Origin: Eledone cirrhosa
Lineage: Eukaryota
Reading direction: 5' to 3'
Assembly (NCBI GenBank): GCA_964016885.1
Contig: CAXHJY010001389.1
Span: forward strand, 113,372 to 177,371
DNA: 64,000 nt
Position 1 is the first letter of the stretch. Every line of letters begins with the position of its first letter. The notes beneath the pieces were generated by a model. The model saw only the letters and a list, made by a program, of their open reading frames with translations. It did no database searches and had not been told where the DNA came from. Below, piece after piece: positions 1 through 13,600 of this stretch. Both the position numbers and the translations under genes were made by a program.

Positions 1-5
1 GCTGA

Positions 6-416
6 TCAAATGGCTCTCGCATGAGTCCTCATCTGCTGAAGGTGAGACTGGCGTTCCTCTTCAGAGTGACCTGCTCCACTGGCTCTCGCATGAGTCCTCA
101 TCTGCTGAAGGTGAGACTGGCGTTCCTCTTCAGAGTGACCTGCTCCACTGGCTCTTGCAGGAGTCCTCATCTGCTGAAGGTGAGACTGGCGTTCCTCTTC
201 AGAGTGACCTGCTCCACTGGCTCTTGCAGGAGTCCTCATCTGCTGAAGGTGAGACTGGCGTTCCTCTTCAGAGTGACCTGCTCCACTGGCTCTTGCAGGA
301 GTCCTCATCTGCTGAAGGCGTCGTTCGTGATCATATTCAGACTCTGCTGCTCTAGTAACATTTTTTTCTTCTGGAAAATCGGATCTAGCGGACAGGCCGG
401 ACTTTTTTGGTGGCAT
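6..416 (-). pseudogene. N-terminal part of an ORF with 23-aa STPR-like repeats, probably the start of a Helitron Rep/helicase gene
   Basis: ATG at 416 gives MPPKKSGLS..., then about 4.5 repeats of HSEEERQSHLQQMRT(P/H)ARASGAG (23 aa), resembling the STPR unit ETSEERAARLAKMSAYAAQRLAN. TGA at 6-8. Helitron-type ends lie just upstream. Confidence 0.55.
11..320. repeat. 69-bp tandem repeat, about 4.5 copies, encoding the 23-aa unit on the minus strand
   Basis: Unit tggctct(c/t)gca(t/g)gagtcctcatctgctgaaggtgagactggcgttcctcttcagagtgacctgctccac starts at 11, 80, 149, 218 and 287. Confidence 0.97.
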
Positions 417-742
417 ATCGGCAGTAACAATGATTGTTCGAACAGGGTCATGTTTGCTCTTTATATAGGTGTTATTCAGGGGAGGGTGATGCATAGAAAT
501 CGAATAACCAATCAAGTTATGAGGGGTCAATCATGACTGATAGTGATTGGCTTCAGTTAAAATGTGTTTGCATGCGCGTGTGACAAAAGGTCAAAGGGGG
601 CATTGTGTTGTTTAGTGAGATTGGTGGTGCTAAACTGTATGCCAGCTACATGGGAAGATGAGAAAGGCCAGCTCTATCGATTTCATTCAATAAATCCACC
701 ATTGGTGTGTTCTACGGCATCCATATATATATATATATATAT

Positions 743-1483
743 ATAGCTGACGTACCTAGCTTCGCTTGGATAAACAGGCGATAAGCCGTCTGTGGTTTCA
801 TACAGGCGAACTAAATGTAAACAAATCGCTGCGTAGTTAACAAAATAAATACAATGTTTATATTTTATTTTTGTAGTTCTGTTTTCCGGTGTATTTTGTG
901 TTTTTGTATGCAAAATATTTGTACACGAATATATAATTATATATATATAATTAATTAAAAGTTGGTTACAAGCGAAGTCAATGCAGACAGCCAGACATAC
1001 AGACAGATATTATAAGTGCGCGACAGATATTATAAGCGTGCTATGTATCTATCTAAAATGACAGAGTAAAAGAGAGAGAGTAATGTCATATATATATTAT
1101 ATATAATAAAGTACCAGTAATGTACTCCTCATTTTACATACGGCCGTAGGCTTTATTAATCTAGATAGAGATTGACAATATACACAGAAATTTAATCCAT
1201 GATACATTAAGAAAAAAGACGATATTATATATAAACTGCAAAATATATGAATGGTTATTGAAGCGATCGCTAACCGGAAATGTTGATATTTGAAAATTTT
1301 AAAGAAGTGAATCTTTAAATAAACAATAAAATATCTTTAATCAAGAACGATATTTAGTAGACAAAAATACCCTCACTGTCTCCCTTGGAAAACGTAACAT
1401 CTATGGTGCAAATTTGGTGCCGTCTGGTCCAGCCGTTTGGCCAAAAGTTTGTTACATACGGCCGTCAGCTTTACTAATATAGA
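743..1483 (-). mobile_element. Non-autonomous Helitron-like element
   Basis: Minus strand begins A|TCTATATTAGTAAAG (1483) and ends with hairpin CCAAGC-GAA-GCTAGG (769-755) followed by TACGTCAG-CTAT (CTRR-like, 743). A second 5' end, TCTAGATTAATAAAGCCTACGGCCGTATGTAA, starts at 1165. Confidence 0.6.
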
Positions 1484-1642
1484 TTTCTACACATCATTGT
1501 ATTTTGTTAATTATTATGTCATTATTTTCTCTTTCTAGCTATTATAAACAAATACGTAGCTGTCATGAGGATAACAGATGTAATACAGATGACGAATATT
1601 ATGAATTTCTAGAGTGTGGTAAGCAATTGATTTCTTCTTATG

Positions 1643-4600
1643 CAACTGTAGCCTATCTCTACTGTCCAGTGTACATCTGTAGCCTATCTCTACTGTCTAG
1701 TGTACATCTGTAGCCTCTCTCTACTGTCCAGTGTACATCTGTAGCCTGTCTCTACTGTCTAGTGTACATATGTAGCCTCTCTCTACTGTCCAGTGTACAT
1801 CTGTAGCCTGTCTCTACTGTCTAGTGTACATCTGTAGCCTCTCTCTACTGTCTAGTGTACATATGTAGCCTCTCTCTACTGTCCAGTGTACATCTGTAGC
1901 CTTCTAGTGTACATTTGTAGCCTATCTCTACTGTCCAGTGTACATCTGTAGCCTGTCTCTACTGTCTAGTGTACATCTGTAGCCTCTCTCTACTGTCCAG
2001 TGTACATCTGTAGCCTATCTCTACTGTCCAGTGTACATCTGTAGCCTCTCTCTACTGTCCAGTGTACATCTGTAGCCTATCTCTACTGTCTAGTGTACAT
2101 CTGTAGCCTCTTTCTACTGTCCAGTGTACATCTGTAGCCTATCTCTACTGTCTAGTGTACATCTGTAGCCTATCTTTACTGTCCAGTGTACATCTGTAGC
2201 CTATCTCTACTGTCTAGTGTACATCTGTAGCCTATCTTTACTGTCCAGTGTACATCTGTAGCCTATCTCTACTGTCCAGTGTACATCTGTAGCCTATCTC
2301 TACTGTCTAGTGTACATCTGTAGCCTCTCTCTACTGTCCAGTGTACATCTGTAGCCTTCCAGTGTACATCTGTAGCCTATCTCTACTGTCCAGTGTACAT
2401 CTGTAGCCTATCTTTACTGTCCAGTGTACATCTGTAGCCTATCTCTACTGTCCAGTGTACATCTGTAGCCTATCTCTACTGTCCAGTGTACATCTGTAGC
2501 CTATCTTTACTGTCCAGTGTACATCTGTAGCCTATCTCTACTGTCCAGTGTACATCTGTAGCCTCTCTCTACTGTCCAGTGTACATCTGTAGCCTATCTC
2601 TACTGTCTAGTGTACATCTGTAGCCTCTCTTTACTGTCCAGTGTACATCTGTAGCCTCTCTCTACTGTCCAGTGTACATCTGTAGCCTATCTTTACTGTC
2701 CAGTGTACATCTGTAGCCTCTCTCTACTGTACAGTGTACATCTGTAGCCTATCTTTACTGTCCAGTGTACATCTGTAGCCTATCTCTACTGTCCAGTGTA
2801 CATCTGTAGCCTCTCTCTACTGTCCAGTGTACATCTGTAGCCTATCTCTACTGTCTAGTGGACATCTGTAGCCTATTTCTACTGTCCAGTGTACATCTGT
2901 AGCCTCTCTCTACTGTCCAGTGTACATCTGTAGCCTCTCTCTACTGTCCAGTGTACATCTGTAGCCTATCTCTACTGTCCAGTGTACATCTGTATCATCT
3001 CTCTACTGTCCAGTGTACATCTGTAGCCTATCTCTACTGTCTAGTGTACATCTGTAGCATCTCTCTACTGTCCAGTGTACATCTGTAGCCTATCTCTACT
3101 GTCCAGTGTACATCTGTAGCCTCTCTCTATTGTCCAGTGTACATCTGTAGCCTCTCTCTACTGTCCAGTGTACATCTGTAGCTTCTCTCTACTGTCCAGT
3201 GTACATCTGTAGCCTGTCTCTACTGTCCAGTGTACATCTGTAGCTTCTCTCTACTGTCCAGTGTACATCTGTAGCCTATCTCTACTGTACAGTGTACATC
3301 TGTAGCCTATCTCTACTGTCCAGTGTACATCTGTAGCCTATCTTTACTGTCCAGTGTACATCTGTAGCTTCTCTCTACTGTCCAGTGTACATCTGTAGCC
3401 TATGTATACTGTCCAGTGTACATCTGTAGCCTGTCTCTACTGTCCAGTGTACATCTGTAGCCTGTCTCTACTGTCCAGTGTACATCTGTAGCCTCTCTCT
3501 ACTGTCCAGTGTACATCTGTAGCCTCTCTCTACTGTCCAGTGTACATCTGTAGCCTATCTCTACTGTCCAGTGTACATCTGTAGCCTATCCATACTGTCC
3601 AGTGTACATCTGTAGCCTCTCTCTACTGCCAAATGTACATCTGTAGCCTATCTCTACTGTCTAGTGTACATCTGTAGCCTATCTTTACTGTCCAATGTAC
3701 ATCTGTACCCTATCTCTACTGTCTAGTGTACATCTGTAGCCTATCTTTACTGTCCAGTGTACATCTGTAGCCTCTCTCTACTGTCCAGTGTACATCTGTA
3801 GCCTTCCAGTGTACATTTGTAGCCTATCTCTACTGTCCAGTGTACATCTGTAGCCTATCTTTACTGTCCAGTGTACATCTGTAGCCTATCTCTACTGTCC
3901 AGTGTACATCTGTAGCCTATCTCTACTGTCTAGTGTACATCTGTAGCCTATCTTTACTGTCCAGTGTACATCTGTAGCCTATCTCTACTGTCCAGTGTAC
4001 ATCTGTAGCCTATCTCTACTGTCCAGTGTACATCTGTAGCCTCTCTTTACTGTCCAGTGTACATCTGTAGCCTCTCTCTACTGTACAGTGTACATCTGTA
4101 TCCTTCCAGTGTACATCTGTAGCCTATCTCTACTGTCCAGTGTACATCTGTAGCCTATCTTTACTGTCCAGTGTACATCTGTAGCCTATCTCTACTGTCT
4201 AGTGTACATCTGTAGCCTATCTTTACTGTCCAGTGTACATTTGTAGCCTCTCTTTACTGTCCAGTGTACATCTGTAGCCTCTCTCTACTGTACAGTGTAC
4301 ATCTGTAGCCTATCTTTACTGTCCAGTGTACATCTGTAGCCTCTCTCTACTGTCCAGTGTACATCTGTAGCCTATCTCTACTGTCTAGTGTACATCTGTA
4401 GCCCATCTCTACTGTCTAGTGTACATCTGTAGCCTATCTCTACTGTCCAGTGTACATCTGTAGCCTCTCTCTACTGTCCAGTGTACATCTGTAGCCTCTC
4501 TCTACTGTCCAGTGTACATCTGAACCAATCTCTATTGTCCAGTGTACATCTGTAGCCTCTCTCTACTGTCCAGTGTACATCTGTAGCCTATCTCTACTGT

Positions 4601-7600
4601 CAAGTGTTCATCTGTAGCTTCTCTCTACTGTCCAGTGTACATCTGTAGCCTCTCTCTACTGTCCAGTGTACATCTGTAGCCTCGCTCTACTGTCCAGTGT
4701 ACATCTGTAGCCTCTCTCTACTGTACAGTGTACATCTGTAGCCTATCTTTACTGTCCAGTGTACATCTGTAGCCTCTCTCTACTGTCCAGTGTACATCTG
4801 TAGCCTATCTCTACTGTCTAGTGTACATCTGTAGCCATTTTTCTACTGTCCAGTGTACATCTGTAGCCTCTCTCTACTGTCCAGTGTACATCTGTAGCCT
4901 CTCTCTACTGTCCAGTGTACATCTGAACCAATCTCTATTGTCCAGTGTACATCTGAACCAATCTCTATTGTCCAGTGTACATCTGTAGCCTCTCTCTACT
5001 GTCCAGTGTACATCTGTAGCCTATCTCTACTGTCAAGTGTTCATCTGTAGCTTCTCTCTACTGTCCAGTGTACATCTGTAGCCTCTCTCTACTGTCCAGT
5101 GTACATCTGTAGCCTCGCTCTACTGTCCAGTGTACATCTGTAGCCTCTCTCTACTGTACAGTGTACATCTGTAGCCTATCTTTACTGTCCAGTGTACATC
5201 TGTAGCCTCTCTCTACTGTCCAGTGTACATCTGTAGCCTATCTCTACTGTCTAGTGTACATCTGTAGCCATTTTTCTACTGTCCAGTGTACATCTGTAGC
5301 CTCTCTCTACTGTCCAGTGTACATCTGTAGCCTCTCTCTACTGTCCAGTGTACATCTGAACCAATCTCTATTGTCCAGTGTACATCTGTAGCCTCTCTCT
5401 ACTGTCCAGTGTACATCTGTAGCCTCTCTCTACTGTCCAGTGTACATCTGTAGCCTATCTCTACTGTCTAGTGTACATCTGTAGCCTCTCTCTACTGTCC
5501 AGTGTACATCTGTAGCCTTCCAGTGTACATTTGTAGCCTATCTCTACTGTCCAGTGTACATCTGTAGCCTAACTTTACTGTCCAGTGTACATCTGTAGCC
5601 TAACTCTACTGTCTAGTGTACATCTGTAGCCTATCTTTACTGTCCAGTGTACATCTGTAGCCTATCTCTACTGGCCAGTGTACATCGGTAGCCTATCTCT
5701 ACTGTCTAGTGTACATATGTAGCCTATCTTTACTGTCCAGTGTACATCTGTAGCCTATCTCTACTGTCTAGTGTACATCTGTAGCCTATCTTTACTGTCC
5801 TGTGTACATCTGTAGCCTATCTCTACTGTCCAGTGTACATCTGTAGCCTATCTCTACTGTCTAGTGTACATCTGTAGCCTCTCTCTACTGTCCAGTGTAC
5901 ATCTGTAGCCTTCCAGTGTACATTTGTAGCCTCTCTCTACTGTCCAGTGTACATCTGTAGCCTATTTCTACTGTCCAGTGTACATCTGTAGCCTCTCTCT
6001 ACTGTCCAGTGTACATCTGAACCAATCTCTATTGTCCAGTGTACATCTGTAGCCTCACTCTACTGTCCAGTGTACATCTGTAGCATCTCTCTACTGTCCA
6101 GTGTACATCTGTAGCCTATCTCTACTGTCCACTGTACATCTGTAGCATCTCTCTACTGTCCAGTGTACATCTGTAGCCTATCTCTACTGTCCAGTGTACA
6201 TCTGTAGCCTCTCTCTATTGTCCAGTGTACATCTGTAGCCTCTCTCTACTGTCCAGTGTACATCTGTAGCCTATCTCTACTGTCCAGTGTACATCTGTAG
6301 CCTCTCTCTACTGTCCAGTGTACATCTGTAGCCTATCTCTACTGTCCAGTGTACATCTGTAGCTTCTCTCTACTGTCCAGTGTACATCTGTAGCATCTCT
6401 CTACTGTCCAGTGTACATCTGTAGCCTATCTCTACTTTCCAGTGTACATCTGTAGCCTATCTCTACTGTCCAGTGTACATCTGTAGCTTCTCTCTACTGT
6501 CCAGTGTACATCTGTAGCCTGTCTCTACTGTCCAGTGTACATCTGTAGCCTGTATCTACTGTCCAGTGTACATGTGTAGCTTCTCTCTACTGTCCAGTGT
6601 ACATCTGTAGCCTCTCTCTACTGTCCAGTGTACATCTGTAGCCTCTCTCTACTGTCCAGTGTACATCTGTAGCCTCTCTCTACTGTCCAGTGTACATCTG
6701 TAGCCTGTCTCTACTGTCCAGTGTACATCTGTAGCTTCTCTCTACTGTCCAGTGTACATCTGTAGCCTCTCTCTACTGTCCAGTGTACATCTGTAGCTTC
6801 TCTCTACTGTCCAGTGTACATCTGTAGCCTATCTCTACTGTACAGTGTACATCTGTAGCCTATCTTTACTGTCCAGTGTACATCTGTAGCTTCTCTCTAC
6901 TGTCCAGTGTACATCTGTAGCCTATCTCTACTGTCCAGTGTACATCTGTAGCCTGTCTCTACTGTCCAGTGTACATCTGTAGCCTGTCTCTACTGTCCAG
7001 TGTACATCTGTAGCTTCTCTCTACTGTCCAGTGTACATCTGTAGCCTCTCTCTACTGTCCAGTGTACATCTGTAGCCCCTCTCTACTGTCCAGTGTACAT
7101 CTGTAGCCTGTCTCTACTGTCCAGTGTACATCTGTAGCCTGTCTCTACTGTCCAGTGTACATCTGTAGCTTCTCTCTACTGTCCACTGTACATCTGTAGC
7201 CTCTCTCTACCGTCCAGTGTACATCTGTAGCCTATCTCTACTGTCTAGTGTACATCTGTAGCCTATCTTTACTGTCCAGTGTACATCTGTAGCCTATCTC
7301 TACTGTCCAGTGTACATCTGTAGCCTGTCTCTACTGTCTAGTGTACATCTGTAGCCTCTCTCTACTGTCCAGTGTACATCTGTAGCCTTCCAGTGTACAT
7401 TTGTAGCCTATCTCTACTGTCCAGTGTACATCTGTAGCCTATCTTTACTGTCCAGTGTACATCTGTAGCCTATCTCTACTGTCTAGTGTACATCTGTAGC
7501 CTATCTTTACTGTCCAGTGTACATCTGTAGCCTATCTCTACTGTCCAGTGTACATCTGTAGCCTATCTCTACTGTCTAGTGTACATCTGTAGCCTATCTT

Positions 7601-10600
7601 TACTGTCCAGTGTACATCTGTAGCCTATCTCTACTGTCTAGTGCACATCTGTAGCCTATCTTTACTGTCCAGTGTACATCTGTAGCCTATCTCTACTGTC
7701 CAGTGTACATCTGTAGCCTATCTCTACTGTCTAGTGTACATCTGTAGCCTCTCTCTACTGTCCAGTGTACATCTGTAGCCTTCCAGTGTACATTTGTAGC
7801 CTATCTCTACTGTCCAGTGTACATCTGTAGCCTATCTTTACTGTCCAGTGTACATCTGTAGCCTATCTCTACTGTCCAGTGTACATCTGTAGCCTATCTC
7901 TACTGTCTAGTGTACATTTGTAGCCTATCTCTACTGTCCAGTGTACATCTGTAGCCTATCTCTACTGTCTAGTGTACATCTGTAGCCTCTCTACTGTCCA
8001 GTGTACATCTGTAGCCTTCCAGTGTACATCTGTAGCCTATCTCTACTGTCCAGTGTACATCTGTAGCCTATCTTTACCGTCCAGTGTACATCTGTAGCCT
8101 ATCTCTACTGTCCAGTGTACATCTGTAGCCTATCTTTACTGTCCAGTGTACATCTGTAGCCTCTCTCTACTGTCCAGTGTACATCTGTAGCCTATCTCTA
8201 CTGTCTAGTGTACATCTGTAGCCTATCTTTACTGTCCAGTGTACATCTGTAGCCTATCTCTACTGTCCAGTGTACATCTGTAGCCTCTCTCTACTGTCCA
8301 GTGTATATCTGTAGCCTCTCTCTACTGTCCAGTGTACATCTGTTGCCTATCTCTACTGTCCAGTGTACATCTGTAGCCTCTCTCTACTGTCCAGTGTACA
8401 TCTGTAGCCTATCTCTACTGTCCAGTGTACATCTGTAGCTTCTCTCTACTGTCCAGTGTACATCTGTAGTATCTCTCTACTGTCCAGTGTACATCTGTAG
8501 CCTATCTCTACTGTCCAGTGTACATCTGTAGCCTATCTTTACTGTCCAGTGTACATCTGTAGTTTCTCTCTACTGTCCAGTGTACATCTGTAGCCTATCT
8601 CTACTGTACAGTGTACATCTGTAGCCTGTCTCTACTGTCCAGTGTACATCTGTAGCCTGCCTCTACTGTCCAGTGTACATGTGTAGCTTCTCTCTACTGT
8701 TCAGTGTACATCTGTAGCCTCTCTCTACTGTCCAGTGTACATCTGTAGCCTCTCTCTACTGTCCAGTGTACATCTGTAGCCTGTCTCTACTGTCCAGTGT
8801 ACATCTGTAGCCTGTCTCTACTGTCCAGTGTACATCTGTAGCTTCTCTCTACTGTCCAGTGTACATCTGTAGCCTCTCTCTACTGTCCAGTGTACATCTG
8901 TAGCCTCTCTCTACTGTCCAGTGTACATCTGTAGCCTGTCTCTACTGTCCAGTGTTCATCTATAGCCTGTCTCTACTGTCCAGTGTACATCTGTAGCTTC
9001 TCTCTACTGTCCAGTGTACATCTGTAGCCTCTCTCTACTGTCCAGTGTACATCTGTAGCTTCTCTCTACTGTCCAGTGTACATCTGTAGCCTATCTCTAC
9101 TGTACAGTGTACATCTGTAGCCTATCTTTACTGTCCAGTGTACATCTGTAGCCTATCTCTACTGTCTAGTGTACATCTGTAGCCTATCTTTACTGTCCAG
9201 TGTACATCTGTAGCCTATCTCTACTGTCTAGTGTACATCTGTAGCCTATCTTTACTGTCCAGTGTACATCTGTAGCCTATCTCTACTGTCCAGTGTACAT
9301 CTGTAGCCTATCTCTACTGTCTAGTGTACATCTGTAGCCTCTCTCTACTGTCCAGTGTACATCTGTAGCCTTCCAGTGTACATTTGTAGCCTATCTCTAC
9401 TGTCCAGTGTACATCTGTAGCCTATCTTTACTGTCCAGTGTACATCTGTAGCCTATCTCTACTGTCCAGTGTACATCTGTAGCCTATCTCTACTGTCTAG
9501 TGTACATCTGTAGCCTATCTCTACTGTCCAGTGTACATCTGTAGCCTATCTCTACTGTCTAGTGTACATCTGTAGCCTCTCTACTGTCCAGTGTACATCT
9601 GTAGCCTTCCAGTGTACATCTGTAGCCTATCTCTACTGTCCAGTGTACATCTGTAGCCTATCTTTACCGTCCAGTGTACATCTGTAGCCTATCTCTACTG
9701 TCCAGTGTACATCTGTAGCCTATCTTTACTGTCCAGTGTACATCTGTAGCCTCTCTCTACTGTCCAGTGTACATCTGTAGCCTATCTCTACTGTCTAGTG
9801 TACATCTGTAGCCTATCTTTACTGTCCAGTGTACATCTGTAGCCTATCTCTACTGTCCAGTGTACATCTGTAGCCTCTCTCTACTGTCCAGTGTATATCT
9901 GTAGCCTCTCTCTACTGTCCAGTGTACATCTGTAGCCTATCTCTACTTTCCAGTGTACATCTGTAGCCTCTCTCTACTGTCCAGTGTACATCTGTAGCCT
10001 ATCTCTACTGTCCAGTGTACATCTGTAGCTTCTCTCTACTGTCCAGTGTACATCTGTAGTATCTCTCTACTGTCCAGTGTACATCTGTAGCCTATCTCTA
10101 CTGTCCAGTGTACATCTGTAGCCTATCTTTACTGTCCAGTGTACATCTGTAGCTTCTCTCTACTGTCCAGTGTACATCTGTAGCCTATCTCTACTGTACA
10201 GTGTACATCTGTAGCCTGTCTCTACTGTCCAGTGTACATCTGTAGCCTGCCTCTACTGTCCAGTGTACATGTGTAGCTTCTCCCTACTGTTCAGTGTACA
10301 TCTGTAGCCTCTCTCTACTGTCCAGTGTACATCTGTAGCCTCTCTCTACTGTCCAGTGTACATCTGTAGCCTGTCTCTACTGTCCAGTGTACATCTGTAG
10401 CCTGTCTCTACTGTCCAGTGTACATCTGTAGCTTCTCTCTACTGTCCAGTGTACATCTGTAGCCTCTCTCTACTGTCCAGTGTACATCTGTAGCCTCTCT
10501 CTACTGTCCAGTGTACATCTGTAGCCTGTCTCTACTGTCCAGTGTTCATCTATAGCCTGTCTCTACTGTCCAGTGTACATCTGTAGCTTCTCTCTACTGT

Positions 10601-13600
10601 CCAGTGTACATCTGTAGCCTCTCTCTACTGTCCAGTGTACATCTGTAGCTTCTCTCTACTGTCTAGTGTACATCTGTAGCCTATCTCTACTGTACAGTGT
10701 ACATCTGTAGCCTATCTTTACTGTCCAGTGTACATCTGTAGCCTATCTCTACTGTCTAGTGTACATCTGTAGCCTATCTTTACTGTCCAGTGTACATCTG
10801 TAGCCTATCTCTACTGTCTAGTGTACATCTGTAGCCTATCTTTACTGTCCATTGTACATCTGTAGCCTATCTCTACTGGCCAGTGTACATCTGTAGCCTA
10901 TCTCTACTGTCCAGTGTACATCTGTAGCCTATCTCTACTGTCTAGTGTACATCTGTAGCCTCTCTCTACTGTCCAGTGTACATCTGTAGCTTCTCTCTAC
11001 TGTCCAGTGTACATTTGTAGCCTCTCTCTACTGTCCAGTGTACATCTGTAGCCTATTTCTACTGTCCAGTGTACATCTGTAGCCTCTCTCTACTGTCCAG
11101 TGTACATCTGAACCAATCTCTATTGTCCAGTGTACATCTGTAGCCTCTCTCTACTGTCCAGTGTACATCTGTAGCCTATCTCTACTGTCCAGTGTACATC
11201 TGTAGCATCTCTCTACTGTCCAGTGTACATCTGTAGCCTATCTCTACTGTCCACTGTACATCTGTAGCATCTCTCTACTGTCCAGTGTACATCTGTAGCC
11301 TATCTCTACTGTCCAGTGTACATCTGTAGCCTCTCTCTATTGTCCAGTGTACATCTGTAGCCTCTCTCTACTGTCCAGTGTACATCTGTAGCCTATCTCT
11401 ACTGTCCAGTGTACATCTGTAGCCTCTCTCTACTGTCCAGTGTACATCTGTAGCCTATCTCTACTGTCCAGTGTACATCTGTAGCTTCTCTCTACTGTCC
11501 AGTGTACATCTGTAGCATCTCTCTACTGTCCAGTGTACATCTGTAGCCTATCTCTACTGTCCAGTGTACATCTGTAGCCTATCTCTACTGTCCAGTGTAC
11601 ATCTGTAGCTTCTCTCTACTGTCCAGTGTACATCTGTAGCCTATCTCTACTGTACTGTGTACATCTGTAGCCTATCTTTACTGTCCAGTGTACATCTGTA
11701 GCTTCTCTCTACTGTCCAGTGTACATCAGTAGCTTCTCTCTACTGTCCAGTGTACATCTGTAGCCTCTCTCTACTGTCCAGTGTACATCTGTAGCCTCTC
11801 TACTGTCCAGTGTACATCTGTAGCCTGTCTCTACTGTCCAGTGTACATCTGTAGCCTGTCTCTACTGTCCAGTGTACATCTGTAGCTTCTCTCTACTGTC
11901 CAGTGTACATCTGTAGCCTCTCTCTACTGTCCAGTGTACATCTGTAGCTTCTCTCTACTGTCCAGTGTACATCTGTAGCCTATCTCTACTGTACAGTGTA
12001 CATCTGTAGCCTATCTTTACTGTCCAGTGTACATCTATAGCTTCTCTCTACTGTCCAGTGTACATCTGTAGCCTATCTCTACTGTTCAGTGTACATCTGT
12101 AGCCTGTCTCTACTGTCCAGTGTACATCTGTAGCCTGTCTCTACTGTCCAGTGTACATCTGTAGCTTCTCTCTACTGTCCAGTGTACATCTGTAGCCTCT
12201 CTCTACTGTCCAGTGTACATCTGTAGCCTCTCTCTACTGTCCAGTGTACATCTGTAGCCTGTCTCTACTGTCCAGTGTACATCTGTAGCCTGTCTCTACT
12301 GTCCAGTGTACATCTGTAGCTTCTCTCTACTGTCCAGTGTACATCTGTAGCCTCTCTCTACCGTCCAGTGTACATCTGTAGCCTATCTCTACTGTCTAGT
12401 GTACATCTGTAGCCTATCTTTACTGTCCAGTGTACATCTGTAGCCTATCTCTACTGTCCAGTGTACATCTGTAGCCTATCTCTACTGTCTAGTGTACATC
12501 TGTAGCCTCTCTCTACTGTCCAGTGTACATCTGTAGCCTTCCAGTGTACATTTGTAGCCTATCTCTACTGTCCAGTGTACATCTGTAGCCTATCTTTACT
12601 GTCCAGTGTACATCTGTAGCCTATCTCTACTGTCTAGTGTACATCTGTAGCCTATCTTTACTGTCCAGTGTACATCTGTAGCCTATCTCTACTGTCCAGT
12701 GTACATCTGTAGCCTATCTCTACTGTCTAGTGTACATCTGTAGCCTATCTTTACTGTCCAGTGTACATCTGTAGCCTATCTCTACTGTCTAGTGTACATC
12801 TGTAGCCTATCTTTACTGTCCAGTGTACATCTGTAGCCTATCTCTACTGTCCAGTGTACATCTGTAGCCTATCTCTACTGTCTAGTGTACATCTGTAGCC
12901 TCTCTCTACTGTCCAGTGTACATCTGTAGCCTTCCAGTGTACATTTGTAGCCTATCTCTACTGTCCAGTGTACATCTGTAGCCTATCTTTACTGTCCAGT
13001 GTACATCTGTAGCCTATCTTTACTGTCCAGTGTACATCTGTAGCCTATCTCTACTGTCTAGTGTACATCTGTAGCCTATCTCTACTGTCCAGTGTACATC
13101 TGTAGCCTATCTCTACTGTCTAGTGTACATCTGTAGCCTCTCTACTGTCCAGTGTACATCTGTAGCCTTCCAGTGTACATCTGTAGCCTATCTCTACTGT
13201 CCAGTGTACATCTGTAGCCTATCTTTACCGTCCAGTGTACATCTGTAGCCTATCTCTACTGTCCAGTGTACATCTGTAGCCTATCTTTACTGTCCAGTGT
13301 ACATCTGTAGCCTATCTCTACTGTCCAGTGTACATCTGTAGCCTCTCTCTACTGTCCAGTGTACATCTGTAGCCTATCTCTACTGTCTAGTGTACATCTG
13401 TAGCCTATCTTTACTGTCCAGTGTACATCTGTAGCCTCTCTCTACTGTCCAGTGTACATCTGTAGCCTATCTTTACTGTCCAGTGTACATCTGTAGCCTC
13501 TCTCTACTGTACAGTGTACATCTGTAGCCTATCTTTACTGTCCAGTGTACATCTGTAGCCTCTCTCTACTGTCTTGTGTACATCTGTAGCCTATTTCTAC

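Noticed and set aside
21-536. Plus-strand 171-aa ORF
   Set aside because: It is the antisense shadow of the 69-bp repeat; the minus-strand frame has the recognisable motif.
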